DNA of 64,000 nucleotides from Macrostomum lignano. Its lineage: Eukaryota. Position 1 is the stretch's first letter; every line of letters begins with the position of its first letter. The stretch spans positions 172,871 to 236,870 of the forward strand of contig NIVC01001793.1 in NCBI GenBank assembly GCA_002269645.1, read 5' to 3'. This document shows positions 60,306-64,000 of the stretch, in pieces. The notes below the pieces were generated by a model that did not search any database, had not been told where the DNA came from, and saw only the letters and a program-made list of their open reading frames with translations. Both the position numbers and the translations under genes were made by a program.

Positions 60306-61107
60306 CTCTTTACCTCTTGCCGTCCAACTCCAACTCCGAGACTGAGCTGACCCGGTAGAGAACCGGAGAGGCCCAAACGCAAACTGAGAAACTACGGAGA
60401 TTGCCTGGCTCTCCAAACTTATTTTATCGCGAGAGGAATTCGAAGATCAGTCGGGATCGGATTTCCCAGCCATCAAACTCACGGTTTAATCAGTTCAACT
60501 CCTCCGGCACGGAAAATCAATCGCAAATGCAAATCTTCAGCAGCCAATTAGTTTTTTATTATTATTCTGAAGCTTCCACAGAAGCAGAAATCAGTGAAGC
60601 AAGTCGTAACTGCGCGTGAGCTGTCCCCCCACTCTTCTTTTGTTGGTGCAACAAACAGCCCCACGCACCATGGGGGCCGCCGGGCAGAGGAAGGACGAAG
60701 GGAACACCCCCCCCCTCTCTAGGGCGAAGCGAACCTGTCTCCCATTGGCAGTAGAGGGAATTTAGTGGGAGAAAAAGAGAGGAGAGGAAGTCAAAGTAGA
60801 GAGGGAGGGGGTAGGGGTAGTAGGAAGAGGCAGGCTCCGAGACTGCGGGCTAAGATTGAAAAAATTGGGGTAGAATTCACCCAAATCCCCTGCCGGAAAG
60901 CCGCGGGATCCCACCAAAAATATTCCTAGCGTCGAGGTCAGCAAAAGCAAAATATAATACTTTTTACTCTACTCCGGTTCCAAGCCTTGCCTTTCGCACT
61001 TCGGGAAGCAGCTCATTTTTCTATTTTATTAGCTGATTCAGTCACTGAGGGCTGAGAGTCCTGCGTATAGCATTGGGCCCTCCGGGTTGGAAACTAGCGG
61101 AACATTG

Positions 61108-61246
<139 letters not shown>

Positions 61247-62239
61247 TTGCCAGCCGTTTACCCGCATCATCAATCTGCCGCGCGGCATTTCATGCGCCAA
61301 TAAGCTCGCCCATCAATCCGCCGCCCTGGGCGTCAAGGGAATTATCGAAGGCGACTCATATACAATCTCCAGCCTCTAGCTGTAGATGATGATAAAGTAT
61401 CGAGGTGTCGTTTGAGCACTGCTTCCATACTCTTATATCCAATGCTTCAAAAATGGAATTGCTTTGTCGATCAGACACGCATGCAAAAACAGATACAAAA
61501 ATAATGATGAGAAAAAATACCATGCAAGGACAGGATGGCAGCTACAGATGAGGAATCCGCGCTGCATCTTGAGCAAGACTAAGCATTGATTCGCCCAATC
61601 CTCTTTGCTCCCAACCATCCCCTTTGTTCAATTCGATTCGATATTGTTAGGTGTTGTCAAAGGCGGAAATTCTGTGCTGGCGTTGTGATTATTGACAGAG
61701 AAGACGCAACAAAAAGGAGAGGAAAGCTCCAAGCGCAAGTCACTACTGACTGTCTAAGTAGTAGAAATTCTGAAGATTTAGAATTTTAATTTAAAGTTGA
61801 CTTTGTAAATTGCACAATGAAAAGGGGTCTTAAAATGTTTAATTAAACATTTAATTAAACATTTAATTCTTACTTCCTTCTACTTGTCAGTAGCAAAACT
61901 AGAGTTAAGAATCTGTTTTATGCTGAGGCGCGGGCAAAAGTTTCGCCATGTTGGATAATACATTTTGATACGAGCGGCTATTAATAGCCCCTGACTCCGG
62001 TGTTGCGCACTCGGAACTGTAGAACTTTATTGCAAAGACACGGTGGACGAAAATTAAGCTAAAAATGAACTCAGTTTTTTCACTTGGTTTGCTTTTCTAA
62101 CTCTCTGCAGTGCTGGCCGGGTACAAGAGAATCAGAGAACTCTAACTCTAACAGAGGGTTTTGTTTGTGACAGCTGACAAGGAGACCTGTAAAGCGGGAC
62201 TCTGGAGCGCCTGTCACACGCTGGATCGGCCTTTAAAGT

Positions 62240-62268
62240 CAGGCAGGCAGGCAGGTAGGCAGGTAGGC

Positions 62269-62361
<93 letters not shown>

Positions 62362-62575
62362 CAGACAAGACAGCCAAGACAGACACAGACAAGACAGCCA
62401 AGGCAGACACAGACAAGACAGCCAAGTAAGACACAGACAAGACAGCCAAGGCAGACACAGACAAGACAGCCAAGTAAGACAGACAAGACAGCCAAGACAG
62501 ACACAGACAAGACAGCCAAGACAGACACAGACAAGACAGCCAAGACAGACAGCCAAGACAGACAGACAGACAGAC

Positions 62576-62649
<74 letters not shown>

Positions 62650-62658
62650 GTCCGACAG

Positions 62659-62702
<44 letters not shown>

Positions 62703-62740
62703 GTCCGACAGGACAGACAGACAGACAGAGACAGACAGAT
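62240..62740. repeat. (GACA)n with derived 24-bp units
   Basis: Direct reading. Confidence 0.93.
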
Positions 62741-63121
62741 ATATTTTAATCCTTTGTGTTGAAAAGTGTATCATTTGATGCAACGTTCCCTATCCAGATA
62801 TCTAGCTTGATGTGTCCCTGGTTGGGAGAGAGGCCGCTTGAGACGAGTGTAGCTATTGGCAACGATGCAAGAGAATAGGGCTTGGATCGAGAGAGAGAGA
62901 AGAGAAAACGTGAACGCAGTCGTGAATCAGACTTCTATTTTTAACAAGGCGTACAGTCTATAGCTAGAACGTACGGTCACGCGGGCTGTGGCTGATTCTC
63001 TCTGTTCTCTTGTGACCTCAGAAGCTAAAAATAGAACACCACCCTCTCAGTTCGTTCTGCACACTTGTATATAGAAAGGGCGCGCCCGCCGGGGAAGGCT
63101 GACGAAAATTTAGCCCTACAG

Positions 63122-64000
63122 TCGATGCCAAAGCAATCCAGGCTGCATCAGCAAAGCAACCAGCTGCCGGTAGCAAAGCAGCAATCAGAAACCAATAGTA
63201 GTCCACTAATAAGGACGCCGCCATTCTATCACAGTCGAGCCAACTTTCCGGCATCACCGTGAGCTCCAGCGATCAGTCAGTAGTCACAGTGGATTTCTTC
63301 GCCAGCCGACAATTGTCAATCAGCGATCTACTATTGCCAGAATGCCAACCGGACCTAAACTTGATGGATCTGCTGGACGTTGCAAGCCAATCACCTCGCC
63401 GCTGCTTGTCTCCAGCGCCTGGATTTGTTAGCAAGCGCAAGCAGGCGCATACCATCGTTGCCGAGTCCATCAAGAACGACGACGACGCCAGCAAGCCGTC
63501 GCTGTCGAACCGAACGAGTTCAAACCGGAGCTTGAAGTGCCCTACCAGCAGTACAATCTGCTAGAGTCGCTTGACAGCCTGCTAGTGAGCCGGCAGAACT
63601 CAGGCGTATATTCTCAAAGACCCGGACGTCTGCCTGATGGACTGTCGACAATCGCGCCGGCTCCCGCGGTGCAGGAAGCGGCCCGAGCAGCAGCAGCACC
63701 CGGCGCTGCAGGAGCTGTACAGCAGCTTCCAAACTCGAGGCACGATGCCGTCGCCGACCCCTCGGCCGCGCCAGTGGCATCTCCATCATCCCGCTGACGC
63801 CTGACCAGGTCAGCCACCTGACGGCCGCCGCCAGCCCCTGCGGCTCCGACGGATGCTCCAAATAGTTACCAGCCCGGCTACCATGGAAACCGCAGCAACA
63901 ATCGCTTCGAACGGAGTCAACAGCCAAAGTCTAAACAGCAGACCGCCAGGCGGCGGCCGCGACAACAGCCAGCGGCGATCGTTGCCGACGCCTCCGACGC
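63122..64000 (+). CDS. Probable low-complexity coding exon(s) of a further gene running off the window
   Basis: GC-rich, S/A/P/Q-rich overlapping open frames (63259-63564, 63537-63797); frame not resolvable. Confidence 0.3.

Overview
Eukaryotic (animal) genomic DNA, not prokaryotic: GC-rich exons with GT-AG introns that are packed with micro- and minisatellites. The style resembles the repeat-rich flatworm Macrostomum, but that is inference only. About 75% of the window (430 to ~47150/49703, + strand) is the 3' part of one giant multi-exon cadherin gene whose 5' end lies upstream. I traced 32 phase-consistent exons by hand (~3550 aa, assuming one restored base at ~25705). They encode ~30 cadherin (EC) repeats, a PCDH15/CDH23-type membrane-adjacent domain, one TM helix and a cytoplasmic tail, with two in-frame candidate terminal exons (…EQLLEI* and …LSTAL*). 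A very young 4.34-kb Ty3/Gypsy (Mag-like) LTR retrotransposon sits antisense in one intron, inserted into a 21-bp minisatellite, with a 5-bp TSD, PBS and PPT. A convergent two-exon minus-strand gene (~246 aa, unrecognised domain) lies at 52079-55158, and probable coding sequence of another gene starts near the right edge. Most long ORFs in the supplied track are artefacts of tandem repeats. I found no rRNA, tRNA or CRISPR. The most interesting observations are the cadherin architecture, the possible satellite-controlled choice of C-terminus, and satellites being born from dispersed elements and hairpins.
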